59,594 bases of DNA from an uncultured virus (IMG/VR IMGVR_UViG_3300044675_006217) (IMGVR_UViG_3300044675_006217); one strand, 5' to 3'; positions 39,033-47,561 are shown, counted from the stretch's first letter. Notes: a model not told the origin generated them from the letters alone. Translations and numbers: made by a program.

Positions 39033-39623
39033 ATGGGAATTGACAAAAAATATAAAAAAGAAGACCTTATAAGGTTAATTTTTACAGAAAATAAATCTTA
39101 CCGAGAAATTGGTAGAATTTATTCTGTTAGTGATACTTACATAAAAAAAATTGCCAATAAATTAGGGATTACTTTAACAAGGCGGAGAAAATTCCCTGAA
39201 GGTTACAAACCTCATAATTTTGGAAATTCAAAAAAACATACGTGTAAAAATTGTAATAAAGAATTTATACCATACACAAAAAAAAATTTATATTGTTCTA
39301 TGACATGTGATAATCAATATAAAGTACTTAAAAAGTATGAAGATTATATTGAGAATCAGGAAAAATATTGTTACGAAAGAGATATGAGATTTTTAAAAAA
39401 ACATATTTTAAACGAACAAAATAATTGTTGTAATATATGTGGGATAAAAAATATGTGGAACGAAAAAGAATTAATTTTTGTATTGGACCATATAGACGGA
39501 AATGCGTCAAATAATATGAGAAATAACTTAAGGTTGATTTGTCATAATTGTGACTCACAGTTGGACACATATAAGTCTAAAAATAAAAACTCAGCTAGAA
39601 AAAAAAGATATATTAAAAACTAA
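39033..39623 (+). CDS. HNH endonuclease
   Basis: CNIC, LDHIDG..SNN..NLRLIC.NCD; N-terminal HTH and Zn motifs. Confidence 0.9.
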   Translation: MGIDKKYKKEDLIRLIFTENKSYREIGRIYSVSDTYIKKIANKLGITLTRRRKFPEGYKPHNFGNSKKHTCKNCNKEFIPYTKKNLYCSMTCDNQYKVLKKYEDYIENQEKYCYERDMRFLKKHILNEQNNCCNICGIKNMWNEKELIFVLDHIDGNASNNMRNNLRLICHNCDSQLDTYKSKNKNSARKKRYIKN

Positions 39624-39634
39624 AAAAAATAATT

Positions 39635-39760
39635 ATGGAAGACATCTTTGAACAAGAACATTATGATTTTATTAACTCAGAAGATTATTTTCAATACATG
39701 AAAGAATTTTTTGAATATGAAGAAAAAGAAGCTTTATCTTCAGAATTAAATGAATTATAA
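39635..39760 (+). CDS. small acidic protein (41 aa)
   Basis: MEDIFEQEHYDFINSEDYFQYMKEFFEYEE... Confidence 0.5.
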   Translation: MEDIFEQEHYDFINSEDYFQYMKEFFEYEEKEALSSELNEL

Positions 39761-39785
39761 TTAAGGTAGGTTAATAGATGGTATA

Positions 39786-39855
39786 AGTCGTATAGCTCAG
39801 TTGGTAGAGCAATCCATTTATGGACGTGTCACAGGTTTGAATCCCGTTGCGACTT
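39786..39855 (+). pseudogene. tRNA-like element with 4-nt anticodon loop
   Basis: AGTCGTA/TGCGACT acceptor, canonical D arm, TCCA-ttta-TGGA arm, T-loop TTTGAAT. Confidence 0.65.
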
Positions 39856-39929
39856 ATCAAAATTAAAAAAGGTGTTGGAAACAACACCTTTTTTGTTTGT
39901 TGGCATATTTATATTTAAATAATAAAATT

Positions 39930-40610
39930 ATGAATAGAAGTTATAGTAAAATTAGACACATGCAACAATCAAACTTGATGTTGGAAAATAGAATAATGGA
40001 AGAAAAATCAAGACAATTTTTGATGGAAATCACCGATGACAATGGTCTACTTACCGCTTATCCTGATTTAAAAACAGTATTGGAACCAAAACTTAAAGCT
40101 GCCGATAAAACAGGAGAAACAAGTGTTGGTGTGTATGGTTCAAAGGCATATTTTAGAGCGGCAAAAGGTCAGACTAATTGGACTATATATGTCTATACTT
40201 TTGGACCAAGAACATATGGTAGACCCAAATATGCTAATCCGGCAACGGTTCTAACTTTAGATTTTCCTGATACTACAATGAATGAAGTTCCGTATTTCTT
40301 TTATGGTAGTCCTGACACAGGTAGCGGCTCAGCAGCCCAAAAATTTTATTTGTCGGGAAGTTTTGGTGACATAATAGCCAATAATGGTTCATTGAAATTA
40401 TCTACTAAACTCGAAGTAAAAACTGACGACGAAGTTGCTGCCGATATATCCAAACATTTTCCTGGTTTTGACGCCGCAAAGTTAGTTACAATTGCAAACA
40501 ATTTAAAATTAGGTTCCTACGCAAAAAATCTATCTAAAGAAACTAGAGCTAAATTAACAGGAGTCGCTAAAACGGTTTATGATACAATTGCAGGACCGGC
40601 TCAAAAATAA
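39930..40610 (+). CDS. cassette-array protein 1 (ends PAQK)
   Basis: Leader ...KSRQFLME; unique body. Confidence 0.75.
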   Translation: MNRSYSKIRHMQQSNLMLENRIMEEKSRQFLMEITDDNGLLTAYPDLKTVLEPKLKAADKTGETSVGVYGSKAYFRAAKGQTNWTIYVYTFGPRTYGRPKYANPATVLTLDFPDTTMNEVPYFFYGSPDTGSGSAAQKFYLSGSFGDIIANNGSLKLSTKLEVKTDDEVAADISKHFPGFDAAKLVTIANNLKLGSYAKNLSKETRAKLTGVAKTVYDTIAGPAQK

Positions 40611-40622
40611 AATAAAATAATT

Positions 40623-41066
40623 ATGAAACAATTTATTATATCAGAACAAGAAAAACAAAGAATTTTGGAAATGCACCAAAATGCCACGTCAAAACAATAT
40701 TTAAACGAAGACCTTTCTCAGGTTATTTTATTGTCTTTAACTTTACAATATAATTTAGCACCGGGAAATATTAAAAAATATTCCCCAACTGTTTTTTTTA
40801 GTGCTGATATTTCAACTCACAATATAAAAACAATTAGACAAATTTCTTTATTTAATCAGATTGAAGTGGGACCAAGTTATCAATCTTTAAAAGGTAATAT
40901 TATTAATGGTCAATTTTCCCTTACTCCCGAACAAATCAATATATTAAAACCAAAGATAAATAAAGGACCACAAGTTTTAGAAGGGAATATGGTTATCGCC
41001 GAACAAGGCACTCAATTTGGGGTCAAACCTACAATTATTGAAAAACAAATGCCAACTCAAAAATAA
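40623..41066 (+). CDS. cassette-array protein 2 (MKQFIISEQEK leader, PTQK)
   Basis: Shared leader and tail. Confidence 0.8.
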   Translation: MKQFIISEQEKQRILEMHQNATSKQYLNEDLSQVILLSLTLQYNLAPGNIKKYSPTVFFSADISTHNIKTIRQISLFNQIEVGPSYQSLKGNIINGQFSLTPEQINILKPKINKGPQVLEGNMVIAEQGTQFGVKPTIIEKQMPTQK

Positions 41067-41078
41067 AATAAAATAATT

Positions 41079-41618
41079 ATGAAACAATTTATTATATCAG
41101 AACAAGAAAAAAATAGAATTTTGGAAATGCACCAAAGTTCAACTTCAAGACAATATTTAATGGAACAATATGTAGCAACAAGTAAAAACAATTCAGTGAT
41201 TATTACTTTACCTTACAAAAAAATTAAAGACCAAAAAGGTAATATTGTAGAGGTTCCTGCTAAAGAAGCGTTTTTCAAGCCGGAATACGTCCCAACTTTT
41301 TTAGCTTTGGATGGTGACCCAGATTTAGCAAAAGAATTAAGTAAAAACCCAAATATGAAAACCTACACTCTAAATAGTATAGACCTTGGAGGTGGTGCTG
41401 GTGAAGGTACTATAACAACTTTTGGTCCTCAAAAATTTGTAAAAGGTGGTGATGGATATATTTACCTGTCCGGGAAAGCTTCAATGGGGGGTGTAACTAA
41501 AATAAACTTTGGAATCTTTCCATCTGGAAATGTAACTAAATTTTCAGATACAAATACCCCAAAAACGGGTGGAGTTACAATAAAAAAAGGAAAAGAATAC
41601 ATCCCAACTCAAAAATAA
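41079..41618 (+). CDS. cassette-array protein 3 (MKQFIISEQEK leader, PTQK)
   Basis: Shared leader and tail. Confidence 0.8.
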   Translation: MKQFIISEQEKNRILEMHQSSTSRQYLMEQYVATSKNNSVIITLPYKKIKDQKGNIVEVPAKEAFFKPEYVPTFLALDGDPDLAKELSKNPNMKTYTLNSIDLGGGAGEGTITTFGPQKFVKGGDGYIYLSGKASMGGVTKINFGIFPSGNVTKFSDTNTPKTGGVTIKKGKEYIPTQK

Positions 41619-41641
41619 TAAAATAAATAAAAAACAAAAAA

Positions 41642-42010
41642 ATGAAAAGAATTGTAAGATTAACTGAGTCAGATTTAGCTCGAATTGTAAGAAGGGTTAT
41701 TAATGAACAAGCACCAACATTACCAAAAGTTCCTAATTTAGAATTTCCGAATTATACATTTATATTTAGTTATGACGCCAGTGATGACAGTATTATTTGC
41801 CGAGGATATATAAAAAACCCACAAAGAGCATTGAAACAACTAGACAGTCCGGTTAATATGGGTAGTGATTATATTATGAAAAGTACTTTACGAGGTTGGG
41901 GAATGCAATCACAATTTGATGGAACAATTGGTCGTAAAATTAAAGAAACCTTGGACAATTTATTAATGCAAATTGTAGAGTACAAAAAAAAGAAACCCAC
42001 TCAAAAATAA
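41642..42010 (+). CDS. cassette-array protein 4 (MKRIVRLTESDL leader, PTQK)
   Basis: Shared leader and tail. Confidence 0.8.
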   Translation: MKRIVRLTESDLARIVRRVINEQAPTLPKVPNLEFPNYTFIFSYDASDDSIICRGYIKNPQRALKQLDSPVNMGSDYIMKSTLRGWGMQSQFDGTIGRKIKETLDNLLMQIVEYKKKKPTQK

Positions 42011-42022
42011 AATAAAATAATT

Positions 42023-42514
42023 ATGAAACAATTTATAATCTCAGAACAAGAAAAAAGTAGAATTTTGGAAATGCATCAAAGTGCAACTTCAAGACAATAT
42101 TTAATGGAAGCGGTTCAATCTGTAGTTTTAAGTTTAAATATTCCAACAATCAATGGTCAAATAGATAGAAATAAAAACATATCTTTTTCTATAGGTCCGC
42201 TTGGTAAAAACGCCGCAAATGAATATACAGGAATATTAAATAGTATGATTATCAATGGTGGATTTGCAAATAAATTAACAAATCAAAAATTAAATGGTGA
42301 GTATGTAAATGGAGAAATCATGTTAGGAAACGATGCCGATTTACTTATAAGTGCGATTAATAATGTGAAAAGTGATGATTTAATTGATACATCTATGTTT
42401 AATAGAAACTCCGCAAGTTTTGTAAGAAAAAAAGACCCGAACAATCCATCATCTGGGCCACAAACGGTTTTTATACAAAAAATTATTAAAAAATCGACAC
42501 CAACACAAAAATAA
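42023..42514 (+). CDS. cassette-array protein 5 (MKQFIISEQEK leader, PTQK)
   Basis: Shared leader and tail. Confidence 0.8.
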   Translation: MKQFIISEQEKSRILEMHQSATSRQYLMEAVQSVVLSLNIPTINGQIDRNKNISFSIGPLGKNAANEYTGILNSMIINGGFANKLTNQKLNGEYVNGEIMLGNDADLLISAINNVKSDDLIDTSMFNRNSASFVRKKDPNNPSSGPQTVFIQKIIKKSTPTQK

Positions 42515-42530
42515 TAAAAATAAAATAACT

Positions 42531-43013
42531 ATGAAAAAAATTATAAGACTAACCGAAAGAGACCTAACTCGTATTGTTAAAAGAGTTATCAATGAAAGAC
42601 AATATTTGATGGAAGAAGAAGTTGCAACAAACTATTTCAACACTATGAAAACTAAGTTTGATGGTCAAATGACAGCATATAAATTACCGACCATTACATT
42701 ACAACTAAATAACAATGGAACTATTTCGATTGTTAAAGATGGAAAAGCGGTATATACGTCAACAGTTTCACCAGATGTCCCAACTTTATTACAGGCCATA
42801 TCATATAATGAAACTGTAAAAGGGACCGATATCCCAACGGTAAAATTAAGTTCTTTATTATTACCAAATTTAGTAAATGGATATACCAACTATGTTAAAT
42901 CAACACCCGACGCTAAGTTAACACTAGGTCCGGTTACTGGAGCTTTACGAAGTGCTGTAACGGAAGTTGTTAACACATATTTTAAAAATAAACAACCAGC
43001 ACAACCTAAATAA
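42531..43013 (+). CDS. cassette-array protein 6 (MKKIIRLTERDL...RQYLME hybrid leader, PAQPK)
   Basis: Shared leader and tail. Confidence 0.8.
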   Translation: MKKIIRLTERDLTRIVKRVINERQYLMEEEVATNYFNTMKTKFDGQMTAYKLPTITLQLNNNGTISIVKDGKAVYTSTVSPDVPTLLQAISYNETVKGTDIPTVKLSSLLLPNLVNGYTNYVKSTPDAKLTLGPVTGALRSAVTEVVNTYFKNKQPAQPK

Positions 43014-43019
43014 AAAATT

Positions 43020-43050
43020 AAAAACCCCACCTGAAAAGATGGGGTTTTTT
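43020..43050. terminator. bidirectional terminator
   Basis: AAAACCCCA/TGGGGTTTT between convergent genes. Confidence 0.8.
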
Positions 43051-43051
43051 A

Positions 43052-43468
43052 TTAAGAGGCTTTTTCAAAACGACACTTTGAAATTTTCTTTACGGTTGTC
43101 ATGTAATCGGTAAACCAATACCACATCACAGATTCATCTTTTGTGTTCACCAACAAACCATAATCAAAACCATCTTCAAGAATACTAACTTTTAAAACAT
43201 CATCACCAAAATCTTCGTATTCAATTGGAAGAACACTTTTTTCTACATCATTAACAAAATATGTAGAAGTTTTTTCATCCAAATCTAACACGTAACGTGT
43301 ATATGTGGAATCAACGTCATAACTATAATCAGGACTTGAATAAACAGAATCCAAAGTTGTTTTTCTTTCGCAAACCATTTCTTGTCTTTCAAAAACATGA
43401 ATTATAATTTTTTGAGAAAAACTCAAAGTGGACAATAAAAGACCGAATGTTAAAAATAGTGTTTTCAT
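43052..43468 (-). CDS. secreted hypothetical protein
   Basis: Bacteroidota-type signal peptide ending SFS-Q. Confidence 0.7.
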   Translation of the reverse strand: MKTLFLTFGLLLSTLSFSQKIIIHVFERQEMVCERKTTLDSVYSSPDYSYDVDSTYTRYVLDLDEKTSTYFVNDVEKSVLPIEYEDFGDDVLKVSILEDGFDYGLLVNTKDESVMWYWFTDYMTTVKKISKCRFEKAS

Positions 43469-43597
43469 GAGGTTTATTTTTTTAAATGATTATTTCTACA
43501 AATATACACATAAAAATTAAACCAAAAAAACTTTATTAGTTTTTTTTATTCAACTCTATATTTATATATTAAATAATAAAAACAAAACACAAAGATT

Positions 43598-44443
43598 ATG
43601 AAGTTTTTAATTTCAGAAGAAGAAAAAAGTAGAATACTTAATATGCATAAAAATGCTATTAAAAGACAGTATTTAAAGGAACAAGAACCTACTGTGGCGG
43701 GTAATATATATAATGCAGGTCGGTCAGACAGTTTAGTTGAACAAGGAATGTATTATATAGGATTTTCAGTGGGAGGTGATAAAAACCAATATTATTACCA
43801 ATGTATTTGGGACCCTAATTCGTTTTATGATGTAACAACAAACAAAGGAACCTCGCAAGAACCTGGGGCGATTTTCGGTTCTGGTGGTAAAGTAATTAAA
43901 AATCCTGAAGCAACATTAGGTTTAACCGGTAATTGGAAAGAACAATTAAAAAATGGATGTGCAACGTCATATAGTCAATTACAAAAATTCAGAGATACTC
44001 ATTGTCCTAACCAAAAAGATAAAGTGTGGAAAAGTCCTGAACATTATAAACAACAATGCGAGGGTTGGAATATAAGTAAACAAAATGATGCAAAGCAAGC
44101 TGCTGCGGCGGAGGCTGAAGCTGCGACAGCGGCGTCTCAAAAAGCTGCGACAGATGCGGAAATACAAAAAAGGGCGGAGTTAAATGCTCAAGACTCTGCA
44201 AATGCACAAAATTTTAAAACAACAATGGCTGACTATAGAGCAAAGTTAGATAAGTTTGAAAGTATGACACAAGAAGAATTAGAAGCACTAATTAACGAAA
44301 TAAATGCATATTGGAAAAAAAATTCTTGGACTAGTAGTGATGAAGACGAAAAGACATATATAAGGGTGTTCCCGAAATTCAACAACGAATTTAAATATAA
44401 ATTCCCAGAACTTAAAGTATTATTAACAACAAAAACTTATTAA
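43598..44443 (+). CDS. hypothetical protein with MKFLISEEEKSRILNMH leader
   Basis: Same leader family as the cassette array; Ala-rich linker. Confidence 0.75.
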   Translation: MKFLISEEEKSRILNMHKNAIKRQYLKEQEPTVAGNIYNAGRSDSLVEQGMYYIGFSVGGDKNQYYYQCIWDPNSFYDVTTNKGTSQEPGAIFGSGGKVIKNPEATLGLTGNWKEQLKNGCATSYSQLQKFRDTHCPNQKDKVWKSPEHYKQQCEGWNISKQNDAKQAAAAEAEAATAASQKAATDAEIQKRAELNAQDSANAQNFKTTMADYRAKLDKFESMTQEELEALINEINAYWKKNSWTSSDEDEKTYIRVFPKFNNEFKYKFPELKVLLTTKTY

Positions 44444-44489
44444 AAACAAAATTAATCTAAAAAAAACCCACCCCATAAAGGTGGGTTTT

Positions 44490-45002
44490 TTATTTATATA
44501 CCGTTAAAACACAATAAAAAATCTGACCATTATCATAAGTAACCCCATCTATAATAATCTTATCTGAAGTTTTACTACCAACACAAAATCCGTTGTATTT
44601 TGGGTTTAACATCAACGCATTATGTTTAGGAGAATTTTTCCATAACTCTAACACTTCATTCGCTCTTTCTTCATCCGTCTTCAAATCTCTAAAACTACAA
44701 AGGTTTTCCCCAATATATGTGTAGTTGTACCCATACAAATATGTTATTCTATCTATGAATGTTTCAAATGTTGTTGGAAAAGAAGATACAATTCTTTGAG
44801 AATGGTCCATAGGTAATGTAGATGTCTCAATCATATAGTTTAACATTTGGTCGTTGGCCAATTTGGCTTTAGATTCATATACTAATTCAGGAATACCATT
44901 TTGTTTTCGATATAAATTAATTTTTTTAATAATAAGTTCATTTACCTTTTGACCAAAAGAAAACGAGAATATAAATAAGAATGTTATTAAAAGTATCTTC
45001 AT
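44490..45002 (-). CDS. secreted CAP/SCP-domain protein
   Basis: Signal peptide; INLYR..NG.PEL, GENL, WKNSPKHNALML. Confidence 0.8.
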   Translation of the reverse strand: MKILLITFLFIFSFSFGQKVNELIIKKINLYRKQNGIPELVYESKAKLANDQMLNYMIETSTLPMDHSQRIVSSFPTTFETFIDRITYLYGYNYTYIGENLCSFRDLKTDEERANEVLELWKNSPKHNALMLNPKYNGFCVGSKTSDKIIIDGVTYDNGQIFYCVLTVYK

Positions 45003-45098
45003 GTTGATTGTATTATTTCTACAAATATACACATAAAAATTAAACCAAAAAATTTTATCATATTTTTTTGATTTAAATATTTTTCGTATATTTGTATT

Positions 45099-45596
45099 AT
45101 GAAAAACAAACTACCATACGAAGCCACATCAAAAGCAATCCAAGGTTATTCAGAATCAGTGATTGCAAAATCAGAAAATAATGACTGTGTTGTTAGAGCA
45201 TTTGCATCGGCATTTGACATTCCATATGACAAAGCACATAAGTATGTTGCAGAACAATTTGGTAGAAAACCAAAAAAAGGGACTTATGGGACTGTAAGTA
45301 AACTTGTAAGAATGGCTGACAATAGAACGACTGTAAACTACAAAAAAGTTTATCCTGTTGGGGTTAGAAAAAGTTCCACATTGATTAATTCTTTGTCTTA
45401 TAATGTTACAATCAAAGGAGAAACCAAATTAAGACAAATGACCGTTGGGACTTTCATCAAACAAAACCCAAAAGGAACATTCTTTGTTTTAGTTAGACAA
45501 CACGCATTTACAATCAAAGATGGTGTTGTTATTGGAAACTTTGAGGATTCGGTTAAAACAAAAAAAATTATGAGGTGTGCTTTCGAGATTAAATAA
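45099..45596 (+). CDS. hypothetical phage protein (NDCVVRA motif)
   Basis: NDCVVRA...H....DG motif; early-type promoter at 45087. Confidence 0.7.
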   Translation: MKNKLPYEATSKAIQGYSESVIAKSENNDCVVRAFASAFDIPYDKAHKYVAEQFGRKPKKGTYGTVSKLVRMADNRTTVNYKKVYPVGVRKSSTLINSLSYNVTIKGETKLRQMTVGTFIKQNPKGTFFVLVRQHAFTIKDGVVIGNFEDSVKTKKIMRCAFEIK

Positions 45597-45636
45597 TTTT
45601 TTCAACTAATGATATATTTATAATAAAAATATTATT

Positions 45637-45954
45637 ATGAGAAATAGATTAACTGAAAGAGATTTATCACGTATTGTTAGACGTGTAATCAAAGAAGACA
45701 AAAACGATAGAAGAGAAATCAATAGCATTCTTGATGATATATTCGCAACTTTTGAATTTTCTGAAAAAGGAAATGACGAAATGATTACATTAGCTAAGTT
45801 TATTGTTGAAAAACCAAATGAAGTTGCAAGTTCAATTATGGCAAGACTTAAAAAAGGTTATGGTGCACACGATGAAGATGACACTTTTGGAACTTATACA
45901 TCAAAAAGAGATGAATTAAGAGACTTAGAAAGTAGATTAGGTTCAAGAATGTAA
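45637..45954 (+). CDS. hypothetical protein (RLTERDLSRIVRRVIKE leader)
   Basis: Leader family; TATTTATA at 45615. Confidence 0.7.
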   Translation: MRNRLTERDLSRIVRRVIKEDKNDRREINSILDDIFATFEFSEKGNDEMITLAKFIVEKPNEVASSIMARLKKGYGAHDEDDTFGTYTSKRDELRDLESRLGSRM

Positions 45955-46032
45955 TATTACAATCTAAAATATTTTAGAAACCCATCTTCAAAAAAAGGTG
46001 GGTTTTTTATTTTAAAAAAAGTTTAAAAAAGA

Positions 46033-46136
46033 TTTGGTAAATCAAAATAAACTACATATATTTGTATAACAAACAACGGGGGTGAGAAAATGTGATGGTG
46101 GTCTCACCCCCACAACAATAGAAAAAAGTTCTTTGA
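46033..46136 (+). promoter_or_regulatory. tRNA-operon promoter, hairpin and boxA-like leader
   Basis: TTTG (46033), N20, TATATTTG (46057); GGGGGTGAGA/TCTCACCCCC hairpin; GTTCTTTGA at 46128. Confidence 0.65.
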
Positions 46137-46243
46137 TTTAAGATATTGTGATTGTAAGAAAAGGGAAACTCGTAAAGTGCATTAACCTGTTGATACAAGA
46201 TGGTGAAACGAGAGTGTGTATCAACTACTAATTACAAATAATT

Positions 46244-46318
46244 GGTGTGGTAGCTCAGTAGGTAGAGCAAAGAGCCCGAAAACTCTTGTGCCGATGGTTC
46301 GATTCCATTCCCATACCA
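46244..46318 (+). tRNA. atypical tRNA-Phe(GAA)-like gene with 8-nt anticodon loop
   Basis: GGTGTGG/CCATACC acceptor; AAGAG-cccgaaaa-CTCTT; extra nucleotide in the T/acceptor junction. Confidence 0.55.
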
Positions 46319-46462
46319 CAAAAGAATTTACAACGGACAAGGCTTAGGCAAGTGAGTTGAAAATGAGTAGTAGGAGATTTAATCGTTTAGACTACAGAAA
46401 GTTTGATACAATAGATTGGTGGGATGCGAGTGGTTGACCAAAATTCTTTTAAATACAAACAT

Positions 46463-46536
46463 AGTTAATTAGCTCAGTTGGTTAGAGCGATTCCCTGATA
46501 CGGAATAGGTCATTGGTTCGAGTCCAGTATTAACTA
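46463..46536 (+). tRNA. tRNA-Ile(GAT)
   Basis: Full cloverleaf; ATTCC-ctGATac-GGAAT. Confidence 0.9.
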
Positions 46537-46612
46537 CAACTAAGGAAGCAATACGAGAGTCCTGAATTGTACACAAAATATCCGTATTGACATCTCGGAA
46601 AGACGAGGACAT

Positions 46613-46679
46613 AGTCAGGTGGCGTTATTGGAGTACGCATCGTAAATGAAGATTGCAGGTTCGAATCCTGTCCTGACTA
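46613..46679 (+). ncRNA. tRNA-like element with truncated anticodon arm
   Basis: AGTCAGG/CCTGACT acceptor; GCGT/ACGC D stem; CAGGTTCGAATCCTG T arm; no 7-nt anticodon loop. Confidence 0.6.
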
Positions 46680-46751
46680 CAAAGGGGTAGAATATGAAAA
46701 AGGGCTTTTCCTGAAAGACGGCTAGCTAAGCCCGCGTCTACCCTCATTTAC

Positions 46752-46823
46752 GGCCCATTCGTCTAAAAGTAAGGACAGTTGGTTTTCATCCAACAAATCT
46801 CGGAGCGTTACCGGGATGGGCTA
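46752..46823 (+). tRNA. tRNA-Glu(TTC) with non-canonical T-loop
   Basis: GGCCCAT/ATGGGCT; GTTGG-ttTTCat-CCAAC; T-loop AGCGTTA. Confidence 0.8.
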
Positions 46824-46874
46824 CAAACCTAATCCTTTGTGATAGGCTTTTATCCACTAAGAGATAAATTAAAT

Positions 46875-46993
46875 AGTCAGGTGGCGGAATTGGTTAGACG
46901 CTGCTGTGGGGCGACACCACTGTATAAAAATAGCATAAGCTCCTATGATGAAGTACAAATCATAGGGTACAGGTTCAAATCCTGTCCTGACTA
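46875..46993 (+). ncRNA. tRNA-like element with expanded anticodon domain and long variable arm
   Basis: Same acceptor and T arm as 46613; Leu-like D arm; TGCTGT/ATAGCA and CCTATGAT/ATCATAGG helices. Confidence 0.6.
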
Positions 46994-47010
46994 CAAAAAA
47001 ATTAAAAGTT

Positions 47011-47280
47011 ATGAAAAAATTTGAAGATTTAGAATTTGATAAATTGTCTGATGAACCATATATGTCAGGTGTTCGTTCTCGAATGATGTTTGAAAACGGA
47101 TTTGGAGTTAGTGTTGTGTCTCACACATATTCATATGGTGGAAAAGATGGTTTGTTCGAAATTGCAGTTTTAGACAAAGAAGGTAATCTAACATATGAAA
47201 CTTCTGTTACAAGTGATGTGATTGGTTATTTAAATCCTGAAGAAGTTACAGAAGTTATGGAACAAGTCCAAAAGTTGTAA
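47011..47280 (+). CDS. hypothetical phage protein (FENGFGVSVV..SYGG..GLFEIAVL)
   Basis: Recognisable small phage-protein motif. Confidence 0.75.
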   Translation: MKKFEDLEFDKLSDEPYMSGVRSRMMFENGFGVSVVSHTYSYGGKDGLFEIAVLDKEGNLTYETSVTSDVIGYLNPEEVTEVMEQVQKL

Positions 47281-47285
47281 AAACA

Positions 47286-47357
47286 GGTCCATTGGTGTAG
47301 TGGCTAACATTCATCCCTGTCACGGATGAGCCGCGAGTTCGATTCTCGCATGGACCG
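47286..47357 (+). tRNA. tRNA-Asp(GTC)
   Basis: GGTCCAT/ATGGACC; CATCC-ctGTCac-GGATG; G discriminator. Confidence 0.9.
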
Positions 47358-47374
47358 CAAAAAAATTATTATAT

Positions 47375-47554
47375 ATGAAAAAATATCTTTTTACCTTTTT
47401 GGGTCTTTTTATGACCATCATTGGTGTTGTGTGTACTTATTTATTTTTTAAAAATGAATTTTCTTGGATGACCATAATTTATTGTTTGGGTTCAGTTATT
47501 TTATTGGGTCCCGCAACTGAAAAATGGACACAGTTTTTCAAAAACCTATTATAA
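47375..47554 (+). CDS. small 2-TM protein (59 aa)
   Basis: MKKYLFTFLGLFMTIIGVVCTYLFF... Confidence 0.55.
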   Translation: MKKYLFTFLGLFMTIIGVVCTYLFFKNEFSWMTIIYCLGSVILLGPATEKWTQFFKNLL

Positions 47555-47561
47555 TTATTTT

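Noticed and set aside
39930..43013. Diversity-generating retroelement or true integron as the cause of variability
   Set aside because: No reverse transcriptase, TR/VR pair with A-specific mismatches, tyrosine integrase or attC palindromes are visible in the window.
46839..47024. 61-aa ORF in the tRNA cluster
   Set aside because: It overlaps the tRNA-like element 46875-46993 and is probably spurious.
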